A program made the position numbers and the translations under genes. The notes beneath the pieces were generated by a model that was not told the origin of the DNA, made no database searches, and saw only the letters and a program-made list of their open reading frames with translations. From Patescibacteria group bacterium (GTDB lineage Bacteria > Patescibacteriota > Minisyncoccia > Phycocordibacterales > UBA9973): 64,000 nt of DNA. Positions 9,807-19,668 of this stretch are shown here, in pieces. Numbering within the stretch: position 1 is the first letter of the stretch; every line of letters begins with the position of its first letter. The stretch covers positions 119,206-183,205 of the forward strand of contig JAGWUB010000001.1 of NCBI GenBank assembly GCA_028868715.1. The letters are read 5' to 3'.

Positions 9807-11999
9807 ATGAGTATTTTTAAATTACATAATCCATTTCAGCCTGCTGGGGATCAACCAGCAGCCATTTTAAAACTAGTCCAAGGACTCAAAGATGGCATGC
9901 AGGCTCAGACATTGCTCGGTGCTACAGGCACGGGGAAGACTTTTACTATGGCTAATGTCATTGCAAAGCACAACAAACCCACTCTCGTGATAGCTCACAA
10001 TAAAACTCTCGCGGCACAACTAGCTCAAGAATTTCGGGAATTTTTCCCCACAGCTGCTGTGCATTATTTTGTTTCTTATTATGACTATTATCAACCCGAA
10101 GCTTATATGCCGGCATCGGATACTTATATTGAAAAAGATGCCTCCATCAATAAAGAGATAGACCGGCTTCGCCATGCTACCACTCAAGCGCTACTTACTA
10201 GACCAGATGTAATAATCGTAGCCTCCGTTTCCTGTATTTATGGCTTGGGTTCTCCGGAAGAGTACGAAAAAGTAAATTTAAAACTCGAAATAGGCCAGAA
10301 AATGGATAGGCTTGCGCTGATGAAAAGACTTATAACCATCCATTTTGAACGCACTAATGCCGACCTTACTTCTGGGAAATTCCGCTCTATTGGTTCTAGG
10401 GTAGAATTTATGCCGGTGTCAGAAATTATTATGTATCAAATAGAATTTTCTGGCGGAGTAATTGCTAAAATTACTAAAATTGACCCAGTTTCATCACACA
10501 TTCTTTCTGAAGAAAAAAATATCTTTATTTTCCCAGCAAAACATTTTATTACCGAAGACGTGAAGAAAAAAAGAGCTTTAGTGGAAATAAAAAAGGAACT
10601 AGAAACACAACTTAAGAAATTTAAAAAAGAAGGAAAGCTTTTAGAAGCTGAAAGAATTAAAAGAAGAACAAATTATGACCTAGCAATGATAAAAGAGATC
10701 GGATATTGTAATGGTATTGAAAATTATTCTCGACATCTCTCTGGCAAAGCCGAGGGAGAACCACCTGAAACTCTTTTGTCATACTTTCCTCATATAAAAA
10801 ATCCGGAACATACTCGCCGTCATTCGCACTCTGTTCTGGAAGGGAAAGACTTATCTGGTCGCAGCAAAGATTCCTCTGAGTATGTTCAGGACTTCCTAAC
10901 GATCATTGATGAATCGCATGTGACCTTACCACAACTGCAGGGGATGTATGCTGGTGATGCTTCGCGTAAAAATACCCTTGTAGAATATGGCTTTCGTCTG
11001 CCTTCAGCCAAAGATAACCGACCACTGAAATATGAAGAATTCAAGGAGCGCATAGGGCAAGTCGTATACACCAGTGCTACGCCAAGCGAAAGAGAACGTA
11101 GTCAAAGTGAACAAATTGTAGAACAGATTATTCGGCCGACAGGTTTAGTAGACCCAGAAACAATTGTTCGCCCAATCGGCGAAAAAAATAAATACAAAGG
11201 TCAGATATCAGATTTTATAGAGGAGACAGAAAAAACAATTAAAAAAGGATTTAGAGTTTTGGCGACCACGTTGACCAAAAAAATGGCAGAAGATCTTTCT
11301 ACTTATTTGAAAGATAAGAAAATCAAAGCAGAATATTTACATAGTGATATCAAGACGATGGATAGAATAAAAATTCTCACTCAGTTTCGTAAAGGGGAGT
11401 TTGATGTTTTGGTTGGGGTAAATCTTTTACGGGAAGGGCTAGATTTGCCTGAAGTAGCCTTGATTGGAATTTTAGATGCTGATAAATCTGGATTCCTAAG
11501 ATCTGAAACGTCGCTCATCCAAACCATTGGCCGAGCAGCCCGAAACAGTGAAGGGCGGGTTATTCTGTATGCTGACATCATGACGGATGCGATGGACTAT
11601 GCGTTAAAGGAAACTAAACGGCGTCGAGACATCCAGATTGCTTATAATAAAAAGCATGGTATCACCGCGACGACAATAAATAAAAAAATTCACGATATTA
11701 CTGAAGAGCTAGAGAGTGAGCATGGGAAAGTGGTAAACGCTGAACTCTTGCTAGACGTAGAGCTTTTCAAAAAAGCTTTTGCGAAAGACAAGAGCAATAA
11801 AGGGAAAAATGAATCTGATTCAATCAAAAATCTGGCGTTGAGTGATGAAGAAAGAAATAAAATAGTTTACGACAAGATAATAAAACTCAAAGAAAAAGAA
11901 ATGAACAAAGCCGTGAAAGAACTCGACTTCGAAACTGCTGCAATCTTGCGGGATGAAATTGTAGTTTTAAAAACTAGATTGGATAAAAAAGAAAAATAA
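9807..11999 (+). CDS. uvrB: Excinuclease ABC subunit B; carries an in-frame 26-aa palindromic-element insertion next to helicase motif II
   Basis: Walker A GATGTGKT, DESH motif, UVR domain at the C-terminus; extra peptide HTRRHSHSVLEGKDLSGRSKDSSEYV before DFLTIIDESH. Confidence 0.95.
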   Translation: MSIFKLHNPFQPAGDQPAAILKLVQGLKDGMQAQTLLGATGTGKTFTMANVIAKHNKPTLVIAHNKTLAAQLAQEFREFFPTAAVHYFVSYYDYYQPEAYMPASDTYIEKDASINKEIDRLRHATTQALLTRPDVIIVASVSCIYGLGSPEEYEKVNLKLEIGQKMDRLALMKRLITIHFERTNADLTSGKFRSIGSRVEFMPVSEIIMYQIEFSGGVIAKITKIDPVSSHILSEEKNIFIFPAKHFITEDVKKKRALVEIKKELETQLKKFKKEGKLLEAERIKRRTNYDLAMIKEIGYCNGIENYSRHLSGKAEGEPPETLLSYFPHIKNPEHTRRHSHSVLEGKDLSGRSKDSSEYVQDFLTIIDESHVTLPQLQGMYAGDASRKNTLVEYGFRLPSAKDNRPLKYEEFKERIGQVVYTSATPSERERSQSEQIVEQIIRPTGLVDPETIVRPIGEKNKYKGQISDFIEETEKTIKKGFRVLATTLTKKMAEDLSTYLKDKKIKAEYLHSDIKTMDRIKILTQFRKGEFDVLVGVNLLREGLDLPEVALIGILDADKSGFLRSETSLIQTIGRAARNSEGRVILYADIMTDAMDYALKETKRRRDIQIAYNKKHGITATTINKKIHDITEELESEHGKVVNAELLLDVELFKKAFAKDKSNKGKNESDSIKNLALSDEERNKIVYDKIIKLKEKEMNKAVKELDFETAAILRDEIVVLKTRLDKKEK
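10803..10890 (+). mobile_element. Roughly 80-nt palindromic (inverted-repeat-bounded) element inserted in frame in uvrB, copy 1
   Basis: Core 10807-10886 is identical, apart from one synonymous base, to 15110-15189 in uvrC; 13-bp terminal inverted repeats CCGGAACATACTC/GAGTATGTTCAGG. Confidence 0.7.
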
Positions 12000-12111
12000 A
12001 GACTTTTTAGTTTTTTCTGCTATACTAGAAGCAGTTAAATATAGATAGACACCCCCTATGAACAAGGCCGGGTGTGATTGTGTTATATATAGCAAAAATT
12101 AGTGAAAACCA

Positions 12112-14730
12112 ATGAAAAATCAGCAAAATATAGATAAAATAAGGGTTAAAGGGGCACGGACTCATAACCTCAAGAATATAGACATTGAGATGCCACGCAA
12201 CAAGATGGTGGTTATTACTGGCGTGTCTGGGAGTGGCAAAAGCTCACTTGCCTTTGATACTATCTTCGCCGAGGGACAGCGTCGATATGTAGAATCTCTT
12301 TCTTCGTATGCTCGACAATTTTTAAATCAAATGCCTAAGCCAGATGTGGATGAGATCACGGGTCTTTCTCCAGCAATTTCCATTGACCAAAAATCTCGGT
12401 CCAACAATCCACGCTCCACGGTGGCGACCATCACTGAAATTTATGACTATCTACGGGTGATGTATGCACGCATTGGGCATCCACATTGTCCCAAGTGTGG
12501 AGAGGAAATTAAAAAACTTTCCAACGAAGAAATTTTGAATTTTGTCTTAGAAAAGATAAATACTTTGACTAAAAGTAAAAAGAATAATAAAAAAATTATG
12601 GGGGTGGAATATGATGATACAAAAATTAGTATTTTTTCTCCCATTGTTCGTGGACGCAAGGGGGAATATTACCAATTACTCTACGATTTACTTGGGAAAG
12701 GTTTTTCTGAAATCCGCTTAGATGGTGTTATGAAAAAACTTCGCGAACAAATAACTCTTTCAAAAAATAAAGCGCACAACATAGATATTTTAGTAGATAG
12801 TTTTGCGGTGCATGAGTTTAAAGATAATAGGGAATCAAGTCGCATGCGACTTTCTGAAGCTCTAGAGAGGGCACTATTAGAAGCTGATGGATTAGTTTCT
12901 ATCAAAATAGGAGATGAAGAATTTATAATGTCTTCTAAGTTTGCCTGTAAAAATGACGGATTTTCTTTTCCAGAAGTCGAACCTCGTCTATTTTCTTTTA
13001 ACTCTCCATATGGCGCCTGTCCAACCTGTAATGGTTTGGGTTCTAAATATTTTATGGGAGATGAACCATGTGAAGACTGCAAGGGTGCGCGATTGCGACC
13101 CGAAGCTTTAAATGTCTTCTTAACCGCAGATGTTTTGGGAGATAATGGTAAGGCTCATAAAAGTAAAGTAAATATTTTAAATCTCGCTTCTCTCTCAATA
13201 AAAGATGCCCATAATTTCTTTAAAAACTTAAAACTTTCGGAGCAAGAGAAGGAAATATCTGTGCCGGTGGTTCGAGAAATAGAAGCTCGACTTCAATTTA
13301 TGCTAGATGTTGGTTTAGACTATTTACAATTGTCCCGTAAGGCTAATACACTCTCTGGTGGTGAGGCTCAACGCATACGTCTGGCTTCTCAGCTGGGCTC
13401 ACGGCTAGTGGGAGCGTTGTATGTGCTAGACGAACCAACCATAGGTTTACACCAGCGAGACAATGATCGCTTGATCAAGACCTTGGAAAATTTAAGAGAT
13501 TTAGGGAATACAATTTTAATTGTGGAGCATGATGAGGATACAATTTATGCCTCAGATTATATTGTGGACATCGGACCCAAGGCTGGAGTGCACGGAGGGG
13601 AAGTCATTGTCGCTGGATATCTTGAAGATTTATTAACTGCAAAGAAAAATACAAATAATTCTCGGACACTTTCATATTTACGTGGTGAGACAAAAATAGA
13701 AATTCCTAAAAAGCGCCGGGCTAGCAAAGGAGTGCTACGTATCGCTGGAGGCAAAGTTTTTAATATAAAAAATATGAATGTGGAGGTACCCTTGGGGGTG
13801 ATGACATCGATTACTGGTGTTTCTGGTTCTGGTAAAAGTTCTTTTATGTATGAAATTCTTTACAAGAATCTTCAAGGACGATTAGAACGTAAATATCGCA
13901 CCGCTAAAATTTTTAACTGCAGTAGTTTTAGTGGCACTGAATATCTTTCTCGGGCAATTTTAATTGACCAATCTCCAATTGGTAGAACCCCACGTTCCAA
14001 TATCGCTACTTATACAGGAGCTTTTACCCATATCCGAGATCTCTTTGCGACGACTGAAGAAGCGCGACTTCGTGGCTGGAAAGCAAACCGTTTTTCATTC
14101 AATGTAAAAGGTGGACGTTGCGAAGCCTGCGAGGGTAATGGTGAGATAGCAGTTGAAATGCATTTCTTGCCGACAGTTTATGTGACCTGTGATGTATGTA
14201 ACGGAAAACGTTTCGACAAGGAAACACTTACCGTAAAATACAAAAAGAAAAATATTTATGAAGTCCTACATATGACTGTAGAAAATGGATTAACTTTTTT
14301 CAAAGATATCCCAGCAGTTTCTGACAGATTGCAAACTTTGATGGATGTGGGTCTTGGTTATCTGGAGTTGGGACAGAGTGCTACGACTCTTTCAGGAGGA
14401 GAAGCACAACGGGTAAAAATTAGCAGTGAGCTTTATCGCCCACATACTGAAAAGACTATATATTTGCTTGATGAGCCTACTGTCGGACTGCACTATGATG
14501 ATGTGCAAAAGCTCTTAGAGGTGCTAAATAAGCTTGTAAGTAAAGGGAATACTGTGGTTCTGATAGAGCATAATTTGGATATAGTTAAAAGTTCTGATTA
14601 TATAATAGATATAGGTCCTGAAGGCGGAGTGTTGGGCGGAAACCTTGTAGCCAAAGGAACTCCAGAGGAGATTGCCAATAATGCCAAGAGTTATACCGGA
14701 AAATATTTAAAAAAAGTTCTCAAGAAATAA
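12112..14730 (+). CDS. uvrA: Excinuclease ABC subunit A
   Basis: Two ABC ATPase modules (GVSGSGKSS twice), zinc-finger cysteines, LSGGE signature twice. Confidence 0.95.
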   Translation: MKNQQNIDKIRVKGARTHNLKNIDIEMPRNKMVVITGVSGSGKSSLAFDTIFAEGQRRYVESLSSYARQFLNQMPKPDVDEITGLSPAISIDQKSRSNNPRSTVATITEIYDYLRVMYARIGHPHCPKCGEEIKKLSNEEILNFVLEKINTLTKSKKNNKKIMGVEYDDTKISIFSPIVRGRKGEYYQLLYDLLGKGFSEIRLDGVMKKLREQITLSKNKAHNIDILVDSFAVHEFKDNRESSRMRLSEALERALLEADGLVSIKIGDEEFIMSSKFACKNDGFSFPEVEPRLFSFNSPYGACPTCNGLGSKYFMGDEPCEDCKGARLRPEALNVFLTADVLGDNGKAHKSKVNILNLASLSIKDAHNFFKNLKLSEQEKEISVPVVREIEARLQFMLDVGLDYLQLSRKANTLSGGEAQRIRLASQLGSRLVGALYVLDEPTIGLHQRDNDRLIKTLENLRDLGNTILIVEHDEDTIYASDYIVDIGPKAGVHGGEVIVAGYLEDLLTAKKNTNNSRTLSYLRGETKIEIPKKRRASKGVLRIAGGKVFNIKNMNVEVPLGVMTSITGVSGSGKSSFMYEILYKNLQGRLERKYRTAKIFNCSSFSGTEYLSRAILIDQSPIGRTPRSNIATYTGAFTHIRDLFATTEEARLRGWKANRFSFNVKGGRCEACEGNGEIAVEMHFLPTVYVTCDVCNGKRFDKETLTVKYKKKNIYEVLHMTVENGLTFFKDIPAVSDRLQTLMDVGLGYLELGQSATTLSGGEAQRVKISSELYRPHTEKTIYLLDEPTVGLHYDDVQKLLEVLNKLVSKGNTVVLIEHNLDIVKSSDYIIDIGPEGGVLGGNLVAKGTPEEIANNAKSYTGKYLKKVLKK

Positions 14731-14734
14731 TTTT

Positions 14735-16051
14735 ATGAAAATTGAATCTTTCAAAAAAATAAAATTACCAAATAAACCCGGAGTATATTTTTTTCAAAAA
14801 GGTAAAACTATTTTATATATTGGTAAGGCAACTTCTCTTCGAGATAGGGTCAAAAGTTATTTTGGGAGAGATTTGATCAACACCCGAGGTCCGCTTTTAG
14901 TAGATATGATTTTTAAGGTAGATAAAATAAAGTGGCAGGAGACAGACAGTGTCTTGGAATCACTTATCTTAGAAGCTAGTTTCATAAAGAAACACCAACC
15001 TTACTACAACACTAAAGAAAAAGATGATAAAAGTTTTAACTATGTAATTATTACAAAAGAAAAACTACCCAAAGTTATTACCATTCGAGGCAAAGAATTA
15101 AAGATGCAGAAACATACTCGCCGTCATTCGCACTCTGTTCTGGAAGGGAAAGACTTATCTGGTCGTAGCAAAGATTCCTCTGAGTATGTTTCTGCATCTT
15201 TCGGTCCGTTTACGAGTGGTCCTCAATTACGTGAAGCATTGAAAATAATCCGCAAGATTTTTCCATTCCTAGACGATAAAAGTAAAAATTATATGGAATT
15301 TTATCGGCAGATAAATTTAGTACCAGATTTAAATGACCATAAATTATACTTGCAAAACATAAGGAACATAAAATTATTTTTTCAAGGCAAAAAGAAAGAA
15401 ATTTTTAGAAATCTAAAAAAGGAAATGCATGCTTATGCCAAAGCCAGAGAATTTGAAAAGGCAAGCGAAATAAAAAGACAGCTTTTTGCTCTGCAACATA
15501 TAAATGACATTGCTATGTTGAAACAAGAATCTACTTTTTCTCAGTCGCTCGGGGATGAGCTTCGCTCAACCACTCCTTCAAAAAAGCAAATTCTTGTTTC
15601 AGCCTCTATACGTATAGAGGCTTACGACATAGCTCATATGGGAGGTAAAAATATGGTTGGGGCTATGGTAGTGCTTGAAAATGGTGAGCCAGCAAAGAGT
15701 GAATATAAAAGGTTCAAAATTAGAACTCAAGACAATACAAATGATACTGGGGCACTAAAGGAAGTGCTGGAAAGGAGGCTGGCACATACAGAATGGGCCT
15801 ACCCGAGCTTGATAGTTGTAGATGGTGGCACAGCGCAAATAAATGTAACTAAAAATGTTTTAAATAAGCTCAAGGTAAATATTCCTATAGTTTCAGTATT
15901 AAAAGACGAACGACACAAACCCAAAGATATTATGGGTGACAAAAAAAATGCTTTGAAGTACAAGCGAGAAATTTTATTAGCCAATAGTGAGGCGCATAGA
16001 TTTGCCATTGCTTATCATAAAAATATGCGCAACAAAAACTTTTTGAAATAA
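14735..16051 (+). CDS. uvrC: Excinuclease ABC subunit C; carries the same in-frame 26-aa element insertion before the FGPF motif
   Basis: GIY-YIG N-terminus (GVYFF...ILYIGKA), UvrC central and endonuclease V-like regions; inserted peptide identical to that in UvrB. Confidence 0.9.
   Translation: MKIESFKKIKLPNKPGVYFFQKGKTILYIGKATSLRDRVKSYFGRDLINTRGPLLVDMIFKVDKIKWQETDSVLESLILEASFIKKHQPYYNTKEKDDKSFNYVIITKEKLPKVITIRGKELKMQKHTRRHSHSVLEGKDLSGRSKDSSEYVSASFGPFTSGPQLREALKIIRKIFPFLDDKSKNYMEFYRQINLVPDLNDHKLYLQNIRNIKLFFQGKKKEIFRNLKKEMHAYAKAREFEKASEIKRQLFALQHINDIAMLKQESTFSQSLGDELRSTTPSKKQILVSASIRIEAYDIAHMGGKNMVGAMVVLENGEPAKSEYKRFKIRTQDNTNDTGALKEVLERRLAHTEWAYPSLIVVDGGTAQINVTKNVLNKLKVNIPIVSVLKDERHKPKDIMGDKKNALKYKREILLANSEAHRFAIAYHKNMRNKNFLK
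15100..15199 (+). mobile_element. Palindromic in-frame element in uvrC, copy 2, with 19-bp perfect terminal inverted repeats
   Basis: AAGATGCAGAAACATACTC...GAGTATGTTTCTGCATCTT flank an internal sequence that is near-identical to the uvrB copy. Confidence 0.7.
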
Positions 16052-16530
16052 TGAAAATTAAACAGGAAAATATTTTAATATTAAATGATATTCGAAGTGT
16101 AGAAAATGTGGGCGCGATATTTCGTACCGCTGATGCAGCGGGGATAATTAAAATTTATTTAACAGGTTACACCCCAGCTCCGCTTGATCGTTTCGGACGA
16201 AAGCGAAAAGACCTAGCTAAGTCTGCGCTCGGGGCAGAGGAGTTTGTGGCTTGGGAGCAGAAGAAAAGTATTTTACCACTTTTGGAAAAACTAAAACGAG
16301 AAAATTATTTAATTATAGCTATTGAGCAAGATGAAAAATCTATTGATTACAAAAAGGTGAAATTAAAAAACAAAAACGTATTTATTGTCGGAGCAGAAGT
16401 CACGGGCATACCAAAAAATATTTTACAAAAGTGTGACGTTATTGCTGAGATTCCAATGCGAGGCAAAAAAGAATCATTGAACGTTTCAGTGGCACTTGGA
16501 GTGGCGCTGTTCGGTATGCTTAAGATTTAA
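16051..16530 (+). CDS. SpoU/TrmH-family RNA 2'-O-methyltransferase
   Basis: SPOUT fold motifs (NVGAIFRTADAAG; C-terminal knot region). Confidence 0.75.
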   Translation: MKIKQENILILNDIRSVENVGAIFRTADAAGIIKIYLTGYTPAPLDRFGRKRKDLAKSALGAEEFVAWEQKKSILPLLEKLKRENYLIIAIEQDEKSIDYKKVKLKNKNVFIVGAEVTGIPKNILQKCDVIAEIPMRGKKESLNVSVALGVALFGMLKI

Positions 16531-16650
16531 TATTTGCGGAAATTAAAATCCTACCGGACTCACCACGAAATTTTTTTGCTAAAAAATTTCTCTGTCCGTC
16601 GCCGTCGCTCCTACCAAGGGTTCGCTCGGCAGCATTTTAATTTCCACAAC

Positions 16651-17550
16651 CTACTTTTGACAATGGGGGCAGAAGATTGTTGTTCGGCTTTGGATGATAG
16701 TTTTCTTCAGCGGTTTGCCACAATTAACACACAGCTTGCCGGCCTTGCCATAAACTTTATGTTCTCTCGCATAGTTGCCCCTAGTATCGTCTAGTAGTCT
16801 GTATGTAGCCACAGAGGAACCGCCGACTTTGATTGCTCGATGCATAATTCTCAATATAGCCTTACGCAGTTTAGTTACTTCAGAGATAGAAAGAGAATTA
16901 GCATTTCTGTCTGGACGGACACGTGCTTCAAATAAACTCTCATCAGCGTAAATATTCCCGAGACCAGTCACTATTTTTTGATCCATTAATACCGCTTTAA
17001 TTTTTCCCTTCTTTTGTTTGAGTGCTTCCTTAAAATATTTGAGAGTAAATTTGGGTGAAAGTGGTTCCAAGCCTAGTAACCCGAAATGGTTTTCTAATTC
17101 AAACATTTTTGTATTCTTATAATATAGAAGATACCCAAACATTCGGGTGTCGTTATAATAGAGAGCTCCACGCTCAAGTTCAAATAGCACGTGAGTGTGT
17201 TTATTGGGGAGTTTTGTCTCTGATAGTTCTATGGGATGACCGCCACTGATAACCTTTGAATTAGTGAAGGACTTATAGACAAATTGTCCAGACATTTTAA
17301 GATGCGCCAAAATGATTTTTCCATGACTCAATTTAAAAATAAGATTTTTGGCCCGTCTATCAACTGCAATAAATCGTTCTCCAGTGACTCCTTTTATAAA
17401 CTCTGCTTTTTTCTTTTCGGATGCTGTACGCTGAGTTCCTTTACCAGAAACAAGCTTTGGTTTACTAATTTTCACTATACGGATTTTTTGACCGAGAATT
17501 ACTCGGACGAGTCCTTGTCTTAGGTTTTCTACTTCAGGTAATTCAGGCAT
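16651..17550 (-). CDS. mutM: Formamidopyrimidine-DNA glycosylase (Fpg/MutM)
   Basis: MPELPEVE N-terminus with catalytic Pro2/Glu3; H2TH; C-terminal zinc finger CxxC...CxxC. Confidence 0.9.
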   Translation of the reverse strand: MPELPEVENLRQGLVRVILGQKIRIVKISKPKLVSGKGTQRTASEKKKAEFIKGVTGERFIAVDRRAKNLIFKLSHGKIILAHLKMSGQFVYKSFTNSKVISGGHPIELSETKLPNKHTHVLFELERGALYYNDTRMFGYLLYYKNTKMFELENHFGLLGLEPLSPKFTLKYFKEALKQKKGKIKAVLMDQKIVTGLGNIYADESLFEARVRPDRNANSLSISEVTKLRKAILRIMHRAIKVGGSSVATYRLLDDTRGNYAREHKVYGKAGKLCVNCGKPLKKTIIQSRTTIFCPHCQK

Positions 17551-17557
17551 AGCAACT

Positions 17558-18133
17558 CTACTTACCCCCCAATATCTTTAAAGCTTCGCGAATTTTTGAA
17601 TTAGTATCTGCGTCACTAGTAACTTTCTTTAAAGCTTCGCGCGCTTCATTTTGTGAGTAACCCAAAGATTTTAGTGCCTCCAATGCATCCAATTCACCCT
17701 GCAGGGAAAGGCTAGATTTTTCGCCAGTTTCATTCTTGATTCTGTCTCGCAGTTCAATCACGATTTTTTCTGCAGTTTTCTTACCAATACCAGAAATTTT
17801 GGTGAGGTATGAAGTGTCACCAGTGCTGATAGCGCGCTTGAGGGTTTCAATTGTGGTAATGCCCAAAATGGAGAGTGCTCCACGAGGTCCGATGCCAGAA
17901 ACATTTATCAACATCTCAAAAAATTCTAGTTCTGGATAGTCAGGGAATCCATATAAATCAAAAGAGTCTTCACGTACATGGGTATGGATGAATAGAAAAA
18001 TTTCATCGCCTATTTTTTTAGTTTTAGACAGCGTGTCGGGAGATATGCTGATTTTATATCCAACCCCAGCGGTTTCCACTATCAAAAACTTCTCGTTTTT
18101 TAAAATTATTTTACCCTTTATGCTTCCGATCAT
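17558..18133 (-). CDS. ruvA: Holliday junction DNA helicase RuvA
   Basis: MIGSIKG N-terminus, two HhH motifs, C-terminal domain III. Confidence 0.9.
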   Translation of the reverse strand: MIGSIKGKIILKNEKFLIVETAGVGYKISISPDTLSKTKKIGDEIFLFIHTHVREDSFDLYGFPDYPELEFFEMLINVSGIGPRGALSILGITTIETLKRAISTGDTSYLTKISGIGKKTAEKIVIELRDRIKNETGEKSSLSLQGELDALEALKSLGYSQNEAREALKKVTSDADTNSKIREALKILGGK

Positions 18134-18214
18134 ATGTTTATCATAGCATATTCACTCTATATTTCACGAAAGGCCGAGTTTGTGTTTTTTGAGGTTTTTT
18201 GCTATATTAAATCT

Positions 18215-18466
18215 ATGCCAATTACAAAATCAGCTAAAAAAGCAGTTCGGGGATCTCTTCGCAAGAAGGCCTTAAACGATCAACGCAAGCGTGCGATGAA
18301 GGAGATAATCAAGAAAATTGATAAACTTTCTAAAACAAATAAAGCCGAAGCGCTCAAATTATTGAGCTCCGCCTTCGCAGCCATAGATAAGGCCGCAGGA
18401 AAGGGTGTTATAAAAAAGAACAACGCCGCTCGTAAAAAATCTCGCTTATCAAGAATAACTAAATAA
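18215..18466 (+). CDS. rpsT: 30S ribosomal protein S20
   Basis: MPITKSAKKA...RKRA start typical of S20, basic, 83 aa. Confidence 0.8.
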   Translation: MPITKSAKKAVRGSLRKKALNDQRKRAMKEIIKKIDKLSKTNKAEALKLLSSAFAAIDKAAGKGVIKKNNAARKKSRLSRITK

Positions 18467-18473
18467 AAAAAAG

Positions 18474-18758
18474 ATGAATCATCTTTTGGAATTTTATGGA
18501 ACTGAATGCCCACACTGCGTGCGTATGCATGAGCTGGTAGAGCGTTTGGATAAAGAAGAGGGAATAAAAGTTGAAAGTTTGGAAGTTTGGCACAACAAAG
18601 AAAACGAAAAGAAACTTTTAGAACTCGACAAAGATATGTGTGGTGGCGTACCATTTTTCTATAACACAAAGACAGAGAAATTTATTTGCGGAGAGGCTGA
18701 TTACGATATTTTAAAAAAATGGGCAAAAGGAGAAGAATTTACTCAATCAGAACAGTAG
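18474..18758 (+). CDS. Glutaredoxin-like (NrdH/thioredoxin-fold) protein
   Basis: CPHC redox motif near the N-terminus, about 94 aa. Confidence 0.6.
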   Translation: MNHLLEFYGTECPHCVRMHELVERLDKEEGIKVESLEVWHNKENEKKLLELDKDMCGGVPFFYNTKTEKFICGEADYDILKKWAKGEEFTQSEQ

Positions 18759-18766
18759 GATTTTAA

Positions 18767-19615
18767 ATGAAAAAAATTATCTTGGTATTAAAAATTATCA
18801 TAGTCGTTTTTGCCTTGATAGGTCTTTTTTTTACGATAGTTTTTATTGGGATGCAGTTTGGATTATTAAATGTTCGTGGAAGTATTACAGAGCGTAATAA
18901 ATTTTTTACTGGAAATATTCTAAATAATACCTTGCTTGCAAGACCTTTCAGCACATCCAATAGGCCGGTTTATAATTGGGAACAAACACCAGAGTGGAAT
19001 GTACTTTCTACAGCTTTTACCAAGGACGCTCCAACAATTAATAAAGTTGCCTCGGAGACAGATGTTCCAGCTCGATTGATAGTGAGTGTCGTCGTACCCG
19101 AACAAATTCGATTCTTTACTTCAAACAGAGAATCATATAAAAAATATTTTGAACCATTAAAAATTTTAGGTACTTTGTCTCAGTTTTCCCTAGGTGTCAG
19201 TGGCATAAAACCAGAAACTGCAAAACAAATTGAGAAAAATAATATTGATCCAACGTCCTCATTTTATCCTGGTGATAAATATAAAAATTTATTAAATTAT
19301 CCTCAAGGAGCATTACATGATGTTGAGCTATACAATAGACTTACGGATCCACATGATCACTATTATCAATATTTATATACCGCTCTATTTATAAAGCAGG
19401 TCATGCATCAATGGCAGAGCTCTGGATTTGATTTAAACAATAACCCAGAAATTATGGCTACTATTTTTAATATCGGATTTGATCATTCGGTGCCAAGTAA
19501 TCAGCCAATTGTCGGTGGGGCACCAATTGAAATAGGCGGTGAAACTTTAAGTTATGGTGGGCTAAGTGGAGAATTTTACCGTTCCGGAGAACTGCTGGAT
19601 CAATTTCCAAATTAA
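18767..19615 (+). CDS. Membrane-anchored extracytoplasmic hypothetical protein; weak resemblance to lytic transglycosylase/lysozyme-like motifs
   Basis: N-terminal TM helix; ES...GxxQ...TA-like pattern; no firm family assignment. Confidence 0.35.
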   Translation: MKKIILVLKIIIVVFALIGLFFTIVFIGMQFGLLNVRGSITERNKFFTGNILNNTLLARPFSTSNRPVYNWEQTPEWNVLSTAFTKDAPTINKVASETDVPARLIVSVVVPEQIRFFTSNRESYKKYFEPLKILGTLSQFSLGVSGIKPETAKQIEKNNIDPTSSFYPGDKYKNLLNYPQGALHDVELYNRLTDPHDHYYQYLYTALFIKQVMHQWQSSGFDLNNNPEIMATIFNIGFDHSVPSNQPIVGGAPIEIGGETLSYGGLSGEFYRSGELLDQFPN

Positions 19616-19630
19616 AAAATAAGAAAATAA

Positions 19631-19658
19631 AAAAGCCCCAAAGTGGGGCTTTTTTATT
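19631..19658. terminator. Bidirectional intrinsic terminator (GCCCCA-AA-GTGGGGC)
   Basis: A-run, GC hairpin, T-run between convergent genes. Confidence 0.75.
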
Positions 19659-19668
19659 TGAAAGAATA

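Noticed and set aside
10807-10886. Intein or self-splicing intron in uvrB/uvrC
   Set aside because: The insertion is only 26 codons with no intein splice-junction residues and no endonuclease motifs. It is far too short for a group I or II intron. In-frame translation with a palindromic structure fits an RPE or MITE-like element instead.
16534-16794. 86-aa plus-strand ORF
   Set aside because: Lies antisense within and adjacent to mutM, with no RBS and low-complexity Arg-rich translation. Likely spurious.
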